Assembly (NCBI GenBank): GCA_002101205.1
Contig: LWTM01000076.1
Span: 122,810-186,809, forward strand
DNA length: 64,000 bases
Direction: 5' to 3'
DNA from: Cycloclasticus sp. symbiont of Poecilosclerida sp. N
GTDB lineage: Bacteria > Pseudomonadota > Gammaproteobacteria > Methylococcales > Cycloclasticaceae
This document shows, piece by piece, positions 10,896-20,100 of the stretch (positions are counted from its first letter, which is position 1; each line of letters opens with the position of its first letter). The notes beneath the pieces were generated by a model that saw nothing but the letters and a program-made list of their open reading frames with translations, searched no databases and was not told where the DNA came from. The translations under genes were made by a program, and so were the position numbers.

Positions 10896-10972
10896 GGAGT
10901 GGTAGTTCAGTTGGTTAGAATACCGGCCTGTCACGCCGGGGGTCGCGGGTTCGAGTCCCGTCCACTCCGCCA
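10896..10972 (+). tRNA. tRNA-Asp (anticodon GTC)
   Basis: Acceptor stem GGAGTGG/CCACTCC, anticodon context CCTGTCAC, TPsiC GGTTCGAGTCC and an encoded CCA. Confidence 0.9.
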
Positions 10973-10982
10973 AAACAACTCT

Positions 10983-11010
10983 AAGGCCGCAAGGCCTTGG
11001 TTTTTTTTTG
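10983..11010 (+). terminator. Rho-independent terminator after the tRNA pair
   Basis: AAGGCC-GCAA-GGCCTT hairpin followed by a run of about 9 T. Confidence 0.65.
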
Positions 11011-11034
11011 TGAATTGTATCTTGGGTTATTGCT

Positions 11035-12945
11035 ATGCTAGATAGATTACGAAGACACGTTAAAGGCTGGCTAGGAATAGTTATCCTTATTATGATTTCT
11101 ATACCATTTGCTTTGTTTGGTTTGCAAAATTATAGCGGTGGTGGATTAGAAACGCCGGTTGCAGAAGTGGGTGATTATAAAATCTATCAAACAGATGTTA
11201 CCCGGGCTTATCAGCAACGCGTTGGCCAGTTAAAAGAGCAGTATGCAGACAAGTATTCAGATGATATGTTTAGTGAAAAGGAACTTCGTCTAGAGTCTTT
11301 AAACCGTTTAGTACAGGAGCGTTTAGTACTCCAAACAGTGAATGATGACGGTTATGTTGCGTCTGAGAAGGCCATTATTGATGTCATTTCAACGATTGAC
11401 GTTTTCCAAAAAGACGGGCGGTTCGATAAAGAAACTTATATGCAGATTTTGCAAGCTCGTGGAATGGTAACGAATGACTTTGTGCAGCAAGTCAAAGTCG
11501 GGCTTGAGCGCGACCAATTTGTGAATTCTATTGTTGAGACAACCTTAGTGGATGGCAGCGAAATTGAAGACTTTTATCGTCTAAACAATCAAACACGTGA
11601 TATTCGTTATATCTCATTACAGGTAGCCTCCATCATTGATGATATGCAGGTGACGGAAGATGAAATCAAGGAGAACTTTGCCGACAACCAACACCTTTAT
11701 AAAACTCCAGAAATAGCGTCAATTGAATATGTTGAGTTGAATTTAGAAAGCTTGATGGAGGACTTGAGTGCAACGGAAAGTGAGCTTTTAGCGTTTTATG
11801 AAAGTGAAAAGCAAGTATTTACTGAAGCTGGACACCGTCGAGCAAGCCATATACTTTTTGAAGCAGAAGATGGAACGCCAGAAGCCGAAGCAGAAAAGAA
11901 AAGAGCAAAAGCTGAAGAGGTGTTAACAAAAATCAATAACGGCGGAGACTTTGCGCAGCTGGCGAAAGAGTTTTCTGATGATTTAGGTTCGGCAACGACC
12001 GGTGGTGACTTAGGCATCATTACAGATGGCATGATGGACTCTGTTTTTGAGGAAACATTAGCTTCGCTTGAAAATGGCGGCGTTAGTGGTGTTATTCAGA
12101 CAAGTCACGGTTTCCATATCATCAAGTTAACAAATCTTGAAGAAGACACAGTTCAGCCATACGATATTGTAAAGAATAAGGTTGCAGAGCTTTATAAGCG
12201 AAATATTGCGGCCGAAAAGTTTTATCAATTGTCAGAAAGGTTTGCGGAACTAGGTTTTGAAAACCCAGATTCGCTAGACCCTATAGTTGACGAATTAGGG
12301 CTGCTGATTAAAAAGCAGGCTGATATTTCTGAGAAAATAACAGAAGGTATTGCGGCTTCAGATAAAGTGCGCCATGCAGTGTTCAGTGAAGACGTATTAG
12401 CAGGAAATAATAGTGAAGTCGTTGAGGTAGGCACTGAGCATTTAGTTATTCTACGTGTAACAGGGCATAAACTAGAAGAGGTTATGCTATTAGACGATGT
12501 CCGTGATGCTGTTGAGTTATCAGTAAAGTCTAATAAAGCGCAGAGCCTGCTTAACGATAAAATTATAGCTATGTTGGCAACTGTCAAATCAGGCGAATCA
12601 ATAACAACGTTAGCGAAATCTCCAGACGTCACGCTAACGGATATAGGTTCTGTGAAAAGAAATGATAGGTCGGTTCCAGAGGTTCTATTAAGAGACGCTT
12701 TTAGCATGACTCATCCAGTTGATAACAAACCTTCATACAAACAAAGCGTATTAAGCAATGGTGACGCTGTTATCATTGAGCTGAGCAAGATAACTGATGG
12801 CGACAAAGCGGATATTACGGATGCTTCTCGCGAGTCATTTAAGAAATTCTTAACCCGATTAACAGGCGAAGTAACGTTGGCTGCGTCATTGGCAAATTTA
12901 AGCGTCGAAGCTAATGTTGTTTTGCCAAAAGACATGAGGAACTAA
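11035..12945 (+). CDS. ppiD: Periplasmic chaperone/peptidyl-prolyl isomerase PpiD
   Basis: 636 aa with an N-terminal TM anchor and a parvulin-type domain (ASHILF...GGDLG...GFHIIKL). Conserved position after hupB. Confidence 0.85.
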   Translation: MLDRLRRHVKGWLGIVILIMISIPFALFGLQNYSGGGLETPVAEVGDYKIYQTDVTRAYQQRVGQLKEQYADKYSDDMFSEKELRLESLNRLVQERLVLQTVNDDGYVASEKAIIDVISTIDVFQKDGRFDKETYMQILQARGMVTNDFVQQVKVGLERDQFVNSIVETTLVDGSEIEDFYRLNNQTRDIRYISLQVASIIDDMQVTEDEIKENFADNQHLYKTPEIASIEYVELNLESLMEDLSATESELLAFYESEKQVFTEAGHRRASHILFEAEDGTPEAEAEKKRAKAEEVLTKINNGGDFAQLAKEFSDDLGSATTGGDLGIITDGMMDSVFEETLASLENGGVSGVIQTSHGFHIIKLTNLEEDTVQPYDIVKNKVAELYKRNIAAEKFYQLSERFAELGFENPDSLDPIVDELGLLIKKQADISEKITEGIAASDKVRHAVFSEDVLAGNNSEVVEVGTEHLVILRVTGHKLEEVMLLDDVRDAVELSVKSNKAQSLLNDKIIAMLATVKSGESITTLAKSPDVTLTDIGSVKRNDRSVPEVLLRDAFSMTHPVDNKPSYKQSVLSNGDAVIIELSKITDGDKADITDASRESFKKFLTRLTGEVTLAASLANLSVEANVVLPKDMRN

Positions 12946-12947
12946 AT

Positions 12948-14207
12948 GTGAAGCTACACTGGAAAATATTTATAGCGATAGGCTTGGCCGTTGTTGCAGG
13001 CATCTCAACGGGTGAAACAGCAGGGATCGGCTCATTTCGTTTTTACGATGCGTATGTGTTCTTAGGCACGTTATTCCTTAACGCATTAAAAATGCTCATT
13101 GTGCCATTAATCCTTTCATCCATCGTTTGCGGCATTGGCAATATGGGTAATCTAGGTGGGCTAGGTCGGCTAGGTGGCAAAACGATTGCCTACTATATCT
13201 CCACGAGTGTGGTGGCCATTTTAATTGGCTTGTTGTTGGTCAATATTGTTGAGCCAGGCATCATTGCAGGTGAGCCAGTACGAGATAGAGTGGGCTTAAC
13301 TGAAGACATTAGTGATATTACCGCAAAGATTGAGGGTAAAGGTGCGGGCGATCTTACGGGCATATTCTTGCGAATGGTGCCAACCAATATTGTTGCCGCT
13401 GCGGCCAACGGGCAAATGTTAGGATTGATATTTTTTGGCTTACTCTTCGGCTATTTTCTAACTCAAATAGCAAAAGAAAATAAAGCGGTTCTTTTGACGT
13501 TTTGGAATGCCGCTCTTGAGGTCATGATGAAAATGACCGATTGGGTGATGAAATTTGCGCCGCTTGGTGTTTTTGGTTTGGTTGCAAAGGTTGTGGCCTC
13601 AACAGGGCTGGCCGCCTTTTTACCGTTGGCGTATTTCTTTTTTACTGTGATTTTCGCCTTAGCTGTTCACATGTTTATTGTAATGCCAATTGCATTAAAG
13701 TTTCTTGGCCGCGTACAGCCTTTACGGCACTATAAAGCGATGATTCCCGCTTTATTAACCTCGTTTTCTACTAGCTCATCCTCAGCAACATTACCGATTA
13801 CTTTAGAGTGCGTTGAAAAGAATGCTGGCGTTTCTAACAGAACTGGCAGTTTCGTTTTACCGTTAGGCGCGACCATCAATATGGATGGCACTGCGCTGTA
13901 TGAGTGTGTTGCCGCTATGTTTATTGCGCAAGCCTACGGGCTGGATTTAGGTGTCACAGAGCAATTTCTCATTGTTATCACGGCACTGGTTACATCCATC
14001 GGTGTTGCTGGCATTCCGGCAGCAAGTTTAGTGGCCATCAGCATTATATTAGTCACCATTGGCTTGCCATTAGAAGGTATTGGTTTAATACTCGCCGTGG
14101 ACCGCGTATTAGATATGTGCAGAACCAGCGTTAATGTTTTTAGTGATTCTTGCGGTGCGGTGATTATTGCGCGAAGTGAAGGTGAGGAACAGGTTTTACG
14201 CTCTTGA
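12948..14207 (+). CDS. Dicarboxylate/amino acid:cation symporter (DAACS/GltP family)
   Basis: 419 aa, polytopic, with SSSATLP and NMDGTALYE family motifs. GTG start. Confidence 0.85.
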   Translation: MKLHWKIFIAIGLAVVAGISTGETAGIGSFRFYDAYVFLGTLFLNALKMLIVPLILSSIVCGIGNMGNLGGLGRLGGKTIAYYISTSVVAILIGLLLVNIVEPGIIAGEPVRDRVGLTEDISDITAKIEGKGAGDLTGIFLRMVPTNIVAAAANGQMLGLIFFGLLFGYFLTQIAKENKAVLLTFWNAALEVMMKMTDWVMKFAPLGVFGLVAKVVASTGLAAFLPLAYFFFTVIFALAVHMFIVMPIALKFLGRVQPLRHYKAMIPALLTSFSTSSSSATLPITLECVEKNAGVSNRTGSFVLPLGATINMDGTALYECVAAMFIAQAYGLDLGVTEQFLIVITALVTSIGVAGIPAASLVAISIILVTIGLPLEGIGLILAVDRVLDMCRTSVNVFSDSCGAVIIARSEGEEQVLRS

Positions 14208-14238
14208 TGGTTTTTTGTTCTGTTTTATTTAATAGCTT

Positions 14239-14266
14239 TCGCCCTGTGGGCGAGTGACTTTTTTGT
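14239..14266 (+). terminator. Probable terminator after the symporter gene
   Basis: TCGCCC-TGT-GGGCGA hairpin followed by GTGACTTTTTTGT. Confidence 0.5.
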
Positions 14267-14653
14267 CCGTAGCATATGGTTTGAGCGATAACGTGTGCTA
14301 CCTAATAAGTTACAAAAGTAACAAAAAAATGTCACTCTAAAGCCCCACCTACGAGTCCCTCAATGCCTTATAACTGTTGCGTAACTCACTCGGTAAAACA
14401 GGGGTTCAGTAGCCAAGAGCATCAGTTTCATTGAAACAGAACAATCGACTTATATCGTATATGATGATTAAGATAAACCTATGTATGTTGGTCAGTACTC
14501 AGGTACCTTTAGCGAGAGATGGTTAAGGGAAGTGTTTTTAGCATAATGATAATATTGATGACAAGAATAAAGAAATTTCAGATGAGTGAAAACCAGTGAT
14601 GGGCGTTCGTTTGAAGTTTCAGATAAGCCACGTAGTTTGCTTGTTACAAATCA

Positions 14654-16789
14654 TTGAATAAGCCAATAAAACGAATCAGCACTGTCATTGTCAGCCTAAT
14701 TTTATTGGCTTGCACAGACGGCGCTTTAAATAATCCCTATGTTCAAAAAGAAGACAATGGCAAGGTTATTTATACGGTCTTTTCTGAGCGGCCTAAGCAC
14801 CTAGACCCTGCCAAAGCATACAGTTCGAATGAGTATGCGATTATTGCGCAAGTGTATGAACCCCTATTTCAATATCATTATTTGAAAAGACCGTATCAAC
14901 TTGAGCCTCTTTTAGCGCAATCCATGCCAAGAGTCCGCTATTTTGATGCGCAAAATAAGCCGCTAGATGAGACCGCATTGGCGACTGATATAGCCTATAG
15001 CGAATACCTTTTGACGATTCGCAAAGGAGTTAAATTTCAGCCACATCCGAGTTTTAACTTAGTCTTACATAAGACATTACCAGAAGATTGGGCAGGTGAT
15101 GATTTGTATAGGCTACCGCTAGCGACACGTGTATTAACCTCAGATGATTTTATCTATCAGATTAAGCGATTAGCCGATCCTGCAACACAATCGCCGATTG
15201 CGGGGCTTATGGGAGGTTATATTATTGGCTTTAATGACTTTTCTAAAAAACAAAAAGCCCTTCAAACACAGTTCCCTCAGCTGCGCAAAGCACAACGCCT
15301 GCAAGCTGAATCCATGATGGGTGTTCGGAAAATTAACGAACAGCAATTTATTATTCGCATAAAGGGAAAATACCCACAATTTATTAATTGGCTGGCGATG
15401 CCATTTTTTTCGCCAATGGCTTGGGAAGCCGATGAATTTTATAGTCACCAAATACTGCTGAAGAAAAACATGAGTTTAGACTGGTTTCCTGTTGGTACGG
15501 GACCGTATTTCCTAAAAGAAAATAATCCTAATAGACGAATGGTTTTACTAAAAAACCCCAACTTCCATGATGATTTCTATCCGTCACAAGGCACCGCTGA
15601 ATCATTAAGTGCAGGTTTACTAGCCGATGCAGGGAAGCAGTTACCATTAACCGATAAAGTTATCTTTTCCTTAGAAAAAGAAAGCATCCCTTATTGGAAT
15701 AAGTTTTTGCAGGGTTATTACGACTCATCTGGCATCAGTTCGGATAGTTTTGATCAGGCAGTGGTTTTTTCCGCCATCGGCGGTGTAGGGTTAACGGATA
15801 ATATGCGTGCGCGTGATATAGGTTTGCAAACGGCGGTCACCACGTCGACTCATTACCTAGGTTTTAATATGCTGGACGATGTCGTCGGAGGCTATACACA
15901 AAAAAACAAAAAACTACGCCAAGCGATTTCTATTGTGATGGACTACGAAGAGTATATTTCTATCTTTCAAAATGGTCGTGGCGTGCCCTCACAAAGTATT
16001 ATCCCACCAGGTATTTTTGGTCACGTGGGCGGTCAGCAAGGTGTTAATCCTGTTGTCTATGAATGGCGTGGAAAGGCTGTTAGGCGCACAGTTTCTCAAG
16101 CAAAAGAACTATTAACCGCAGCGGGTTATGAAAATGGTATTGATTCAGCGACAGGTAAGCCATTAGTGCTTTACTTTGACAGCATGGATAGCGGACCAGA
16201 TAGCAAAGCGCGGTTGAATTGGTTACGCAAACAATTTGATAAGTTAAATATCCAGTTAGTGATACGTGGCACGGATTACAATCGATTCCAAGAAAAAATG
16301 CGTAACGGCAATGCGCAAATGTTTATGTGGGCTTGGAATGCGGACTACCCAGATCCCGAAAACTTTTTGTTTTTACTGTATGGGAAAAATGCAAAAGCCG
16401 TTCATGGCGGTGAAAATGCGGCGAACTATCAAAATGCAGAATTCGATGCCTTATTTGAACAAATGAGCACAATGGATAATACACCACAACGGCAAGCTAT
16501 TATTGATAAAATGATTAATATTACGCAGCAAGACGCGGCTTGGTTATGGGGCTTTCACCCGAAAGCATTTTCTTTGCATCACGCATGGTATAAAAACGGA
16601 AACCCGAATTTGATGGCAAACAATAAAACCAAGTACATCAATATCGACCCTGTGTTACGCGCTAACTATCAGGCGAAGTGGAATAAACCCGTTTACTGGC
16701 CGCTGGCCATCGTGTTGTTGGTGTTTTTGTGCCTGTTAATACCAGCGTACTTAATTTACCGACGTATTGAACGTTCAACGGCACTATGA
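14654..16789 (+). CDS. ABC transporter substrate-binding protein, family 5 (peptide/opine/nickel type), probable lipoprotein
   Basis: 711 aa with a lipobox LILLAC and SBP_bac_5-like sequence. It is the first gene of an operon with two permeases and a fused ATPase. TTG start. Confidence 0.8.
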   Translation: MNKPIKRISTVIVSLILLACTDGALNNPYVQKEDNGKVIYTVFSERPKHLDPAKAYSSNEYAIIAQVYEPLFQYHYLKRPYQLEPLLAQSMPRVRYFDAQNKPLDETALATDIAYSEYLLTIRKGVKFQPHPSFNLVLHKTLPEDWAGDDLYRLPLATRVLTSDDFIYQIKRLADPATQSPIAGLMGGYIIGFNDFSKKQKALQTQFPQLRKAQRLQAESMMGVRKINEQQFIIRIKGKYPQFINWLAMPFFSPMAWEADEFYSHQILLKKNMSLDWFPVGTGPYFLKENNPNRRMVLLKNPNFHDDFYPSQGTAESLSAGLLADAGKQLPLTDKVIFSLEKESIPYWNKFLQGYYDSSGISSDSFDQAVVFSAIGGVGLTDNMRARDIGLQTAVTTSTHYLGFNMLDDVVGGYTQKNKKLRQAISIVMDYEEYISIFQNGRGVPSQSIIPPGIFGHVGGQQGVNPVVYEWRGKAVRRTVSQAKELLTAAGYENGIDSATGKPLVLYFDSMDSGPDSKARLNWLRKQFDKLNIQLVIRGTDYNRFQEKMRNGNAQMFMWAWNADYPDPENFLFLLYGKNAKAVHGGENAANYQNAEFDALFEQMSTMDNTPQRQAIIDKMINITQQDAAWLWGFHPKAFSLHHAWYKNGNPNLMANNKTKYINIDPVLRANYQAKWNKPVYWPLAIVLLVFLCLLIPAYLIYRRIERSTAL

Positions 16790-17763
16790 TCAATTATATT
16801 ATTCGTCGCCTGTTGTATGTTTTTCCCGTGTTAATAGGGGTTAATATACTGACGTTTGTGCTGTTTTTCGTTGTAAACACACCCGATGATATGGCGCGTA
16901 TGCAATTGGGTGATAAGCACGTCTCACAAGCCGCCGTGGAAAACTGGAAACAGCAACGCGGATATGATTTGCCTTTGCTGTGGAATGAACAAGCGCAAGG
17001 AGTTGAACAGGCAACGAACACCATATTCTTTAAAAAATCAGTTGGCTTATTCGTGTTTGATTTAGGCTTGTCTGATAACGGACGAGATATTGCTGCGGAT
17101 ATCTCTCAGCGGATGTGGCCAAGTTTGGCTATTGCTATTCCGTCGCTTATTTTTGGTGTGCTAGCGAATATCACCTTTGCCTTGCTGCTTATCTTTTATC
17201 GCGGCAATTATTTAGAGTTCGGAGGGCTGTTTTTATGTATTGTCTCGATGTCTATTTCTGGGCTTTTTTACATTATTGCGGGGCAATACTTGATTGGCAA
17301 ACTGCTTGTTCTGACCCCTATATCCGGTTATGCGCCGGGGGCGGACGCGTTTAAATTTATTATTCTACCGGTGTTAATCGGTGTTGTAGGCGGTTTGGGT
17401 TCAGGTGTTCGCTGGTATCGAAGCTTGTTTTTAGAAGAGGCTGCTAAAGATTACGTGAGAACAGCGAAAGCGAAAGGCTTGTCTGATTTACAAGTTCTGT
17501 TTAAACACGTATTGAAAAACGCGTTGATTCCAATATTAACTGGCATTGTCGTGATATTACCCTTATTGTTTATGGGTAGTTTAATTAGCGAATCATTTTT
17601 TGGTATTCCTGGACTTGGAAGTTATACGATTGATGCCATCAGTAGCCAAGACTTTGCAATTGTTAGGTCAATGGTCTTCTTAGGGTCGTTCTTATATATC
17701 ATTGGTCTATTGCTCACTGATATTTCTTACACCTTGGTTGATCCACGAGTGAGCTTGGATTGA
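16786..17763 (+). CDS. ABC transporter permease (DppB/OppB-like)
   Basis: 325 aa. BPD_transp_1 region with the EAA-like loop EEAAKDYVRTAKAKGLS. ATGA overlap with the upstream gene. Confidence 0.85.
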   Translation: MINYIIRRLLYVFPVLIGVNILTFVLFFVVNTPDDMARMQLGDKHVSQAAVENWKQQRGYDLPLLWNEQAQGVEQATNTIFFKKSVGLFVFDLGLSDNGRDIAADISQRMWPSLAIAIPSLIFGVLANITFALLLIFYRGNYLEFGGLFLCIVSMSISGLFYIIAGQYLIGKLLVLTPISGYAPGADAFKFIILPVLIGVVGGLGSGVRWYRSLFLEEAAKDYVRTAKAKGLSDLQVLFKHVLKNALIPILTGIVVILPLLFMGSLISESFFGIPGLGSYTIDAISSQDFAIVRSMVFLGSFLYIIGLLLTDISYTLVDPRVSLD

Positions 17764-19121
17764 TGATGACTGTTTTATGGACAGATATCGCGGTTTTTTT
17801 TCTGGTCTTTTTTGGCTTGGTTGTGGCATGGCGTTCATCGAAGAAAGAACATTTACGGCGGCCCTGGGAAAAAGTGTTTAACAGTAAAACAGGCGTTGCT
17901 TCGCTCACCATATTATTGATTTTTATTCTTATAGGCACGTTGGATTCGGCACGTATTCAACATTATAAAACGCTTGATACACAAGAGCTAAGTACGCAGG
18001 CGAAAACTCTGAGCTTACTGGATATTATACTAACGCCGATAAGAACACGGGTTGAAAAAACATACTCTGAGCCTTTTGCACATATGGCTTATGCGAAGGA
18101 AATGGGAGTTGATGAGGCAGGGCAGCAGAAATGGCGTTACCCCCGTTTATCTTTTGCTGGGGCGCACTTATCTGAACCAAATTCCGAAAAATCTGGTGAT
18201 ATATTACTTAAGGTATTGTTAGGTTTTAGCTTTGGAATGTTAGCCTGGCTGGCTTTGGTGCTAATTTTGAGCTTGCTGGCTGGTAAATTTATATTGTCTA
18301 AAGGTTCAAGTGGCATTAGGGTCTGTTTGCTAACCCTGTTAGGCGTGTTTTTTATCGTGGGCTGTATAGCAATGCTAGGCCCTTATTACCATATTTTGGG
18401 TACGGATAAAGTTGGCGAAGATGTGCTCTACCAAGCGATTAAGAGCATTAGAACGGGCTTAGTGATAGGTTCGTTAACGACCATCGTGATGTTGCCTATC
18501 GCCATAGGCCTAGGCCTAATGGCGGGCTTTTTTAGAGGCTGGGTGGATGATGTTATCCAATATGTCTATACAACGCTTAGTTCTATTCCAGCTGTCTTGT
18601 TGATAGCCGCAGCGATACTGATGGCGCAAGTGTATATGGCGAATAACCCAGAATTGTTTACGACCGTAGAAGATAGGGCGGATATGCGATTATTTTTATT
18701 GTGCATGATACTTGGTATTACGAGTTGGACGGGCTTGTGCCGTTTATTGCGGGCAGAGACGTTAAAAATTCGCGAGATGGATTACGTTGTGGCCGCTCAA
18801 GCGCTCGGAGTTAAGAAAGCACAGCTTCTAAAGCGCCATGTGTTGCCGAATGTTATGCATTTGGTAATGATAACGGTGGTGCTAGACTTTAGTGGGTTGG
18901 TGCTTGCTGAGGCGGTTCTATCCTATATAAACATCGGCGTTGACCCGTCAACCTATAGTTGGGGCAATATGATTAATACGTCACGGCTTGAAATGGCGAG
19001 AGAGCCGATCGTTTGGTGGTCATTGACTGCGGCTTTTATTTTCATGTTTACCTTGGTGTTGGCAGCGAACTTGTTTGCGGATGTTGTTAGAGATGCGTTT
19101 GATCCGCACTCTAATAGTTAA
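17763..19121 (+). CDS. ABC transporter permease (DppC/OppC-like, long N-terminal extension)
   Basis: EAA-like loop REMDYVVAAQALGVKK. The start codon overlaps the upstream stop codon. Confidence 0.85.
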   Translation: MMTVLWTDIAVFFLVFFGLVVAWRSSKKEHLRRPWEKVFNSKTGVASLTILLIFILIGTLDSARIQHYKTLDTQELSTQAKTLSLLDIILTPIRTRVEKTYSEPFAHMAYAKEMGVDEAGQQKWRYPRLSFAGAHLSEPNSEKSGDILLKVLLGFSFGMLAWLALVLILSLLAGKFILSKGSSGIRVCLLTLLGVFFIVGCIAMLGPYYHILGTDKVGEDVLYQAIKSIRTGLVIGSLTTIVMLPIAIGLGLMAGFFRGWVDDVIQYVYTTLSSIPAVLLIAAAILMAQVYMANNPELFTTVEDRADMRLFLLCMILGITSWTGLCRLLRAETLKIREMDYVVAAQALGVKKAQLLKRHVLPNVMHLVMITVVLDFSGLVLAEAVLSYINIGVDPSTYSWGNMINTSRLEMAREPIVWWSLTAAFIFMFTLVLAANLFADVVRDAFDPHSNS

Positions 19122-19132
19122 TATATTAGATG

Positions 19133-19235
19133 AAACCTCTGCATAACATAGCGAGCGCAGGCAAGATGCCAAAAGTAGGCACCTTAGCCGAGGCAAAAAT
19201 TAGCGAAAAAGCTCAGCAGTTATGCTGATGTTTCT
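19133..19235. repeat. MITE-like palindromic repeat, family A, copy 1
   Basis: Terminal inverted repeats CCTCTGCATAAC (19136-19147) and GTTATGCTGATG (19219-19230). Hand alignment along its whole length to the reverse complement of 59588-59688, including shared CAAAAGTAGGC and TAGCGAG blocks. Confidence 0.6.
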
Positions 19236-19267
19236 AGATTAAATAAAATACTGTAACTTATTGATAA

Positions 19268-20095
19268 ATGGATAAATATATTTTTCATAAAAAAGAATTT
19301 TCACTTGATGAATTAAGTTTTATTGAGGCTGAGTTTTCTAAAAAGCCAGAAGCTAACGATGGTTTTCATACCTTAGAGTCAGAAAAATCAGTTGATTTAG
19401 CAGGCATTCGTAGGCAATTGAGCTGTGATGTCAGCCTCCTGAAAGAGCCGTTTGATGGCAGTCAAGTACGTCTGCTGGCAATAGACATGGACTCGACACT
19501 TATTGCTATCGAATGTATTGATGAAATTGCAGATATGCTCGATATAAAGCCGCAAGTATCGGCCATTACGGAAGCGGCAATGCGCGGCGAATTAGATTTC
19601 CAAGAGTCGCTTATACAACGGGTTGCTTTGTTAAAAGGCTTGCCGGCTAGTGAGTTACAAAAAGTCTATGACGAAAGACTCACGCTGAACCCTGGTGCGG
19701 AACAATTAGTTGAATATTTGAAAGCATCAGGCATCAAGATGGCGTTAGTATCAGGCGGCTTTACATTCTTCACCGATAAGTTAAAAGTTAAATTAGGCCT
19801 GGATTACACCTTGGCGAATACCTTGGATATTGAAAATGGCTGTTTAACGGGCAAGGTCGCTGGGGATATTGTCGGTGCGCAGTCCAAGGCCGATTTGTTG
19901 TCGAAATTATCTGCTGAATTGAATATTGATTCGAGTCAAGTGGTTGCACTAGGTGACGGTGCAAATGATCTGTTGATGTTCGAAGAAGCGGGTTTGAGCG
20001 TTGCCTACCATGCAAAACCCACAGTGCAGGCACAAACCGATATTCAACTCAATTGTTCTGGTTTAAATGCCATTGTCGATTTGTTGAAAGCTTAA
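19268..20095 (+). CDS. serB: Phosphoserine phosphatase (HAD family, SerB-like, short form)
   Basis: HAD motifs DMDSTLI, SGGF and GDGANDL; 275 aa. Confidence 0.8.
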   Translation: MDKYIFHKKEFSLDELSFIEAEFSKKPEANDGFHTLESEKSVDLAGIRRQLSCDVSLLKEPFDGSQVRLLAIDMDSTLIAIECIDEIADMLDIKPQVSAITEAAMRGELDFQESLIQRVALLKGLPASELQKVYDERLTLNPGAEQLVEYLKASGIKMALVSGGFTFFTDKLKVKLGLDYTLANTLDIENGCLTGKVAGDIVGAQSKADLLSKLSAELNIDSSQVVALGDGANDLLMFEEAGLSVAYHAKPTVQAQTDIQLNCSGLNAIVDLLKA

Positions 20096-20100
20096 ATCAT

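Noticed and set aside
10818-11045. A 75-aa ORF spanning the tRNA-Val and tRNA-Asp region.
   Set aside because: It overlaps two well-formed tRNA genes and a terminator, so it is spurious.
14440-14530. The short translation ...TYIVYDD*DKPMYVGQYSGTFSERWLRE resembles a GIY-YIG/T5orf172 N-terminal motif.
   Set aside because: Only about 30 residues are present and they are interrupted by a stop. That is too short to support a feature call.
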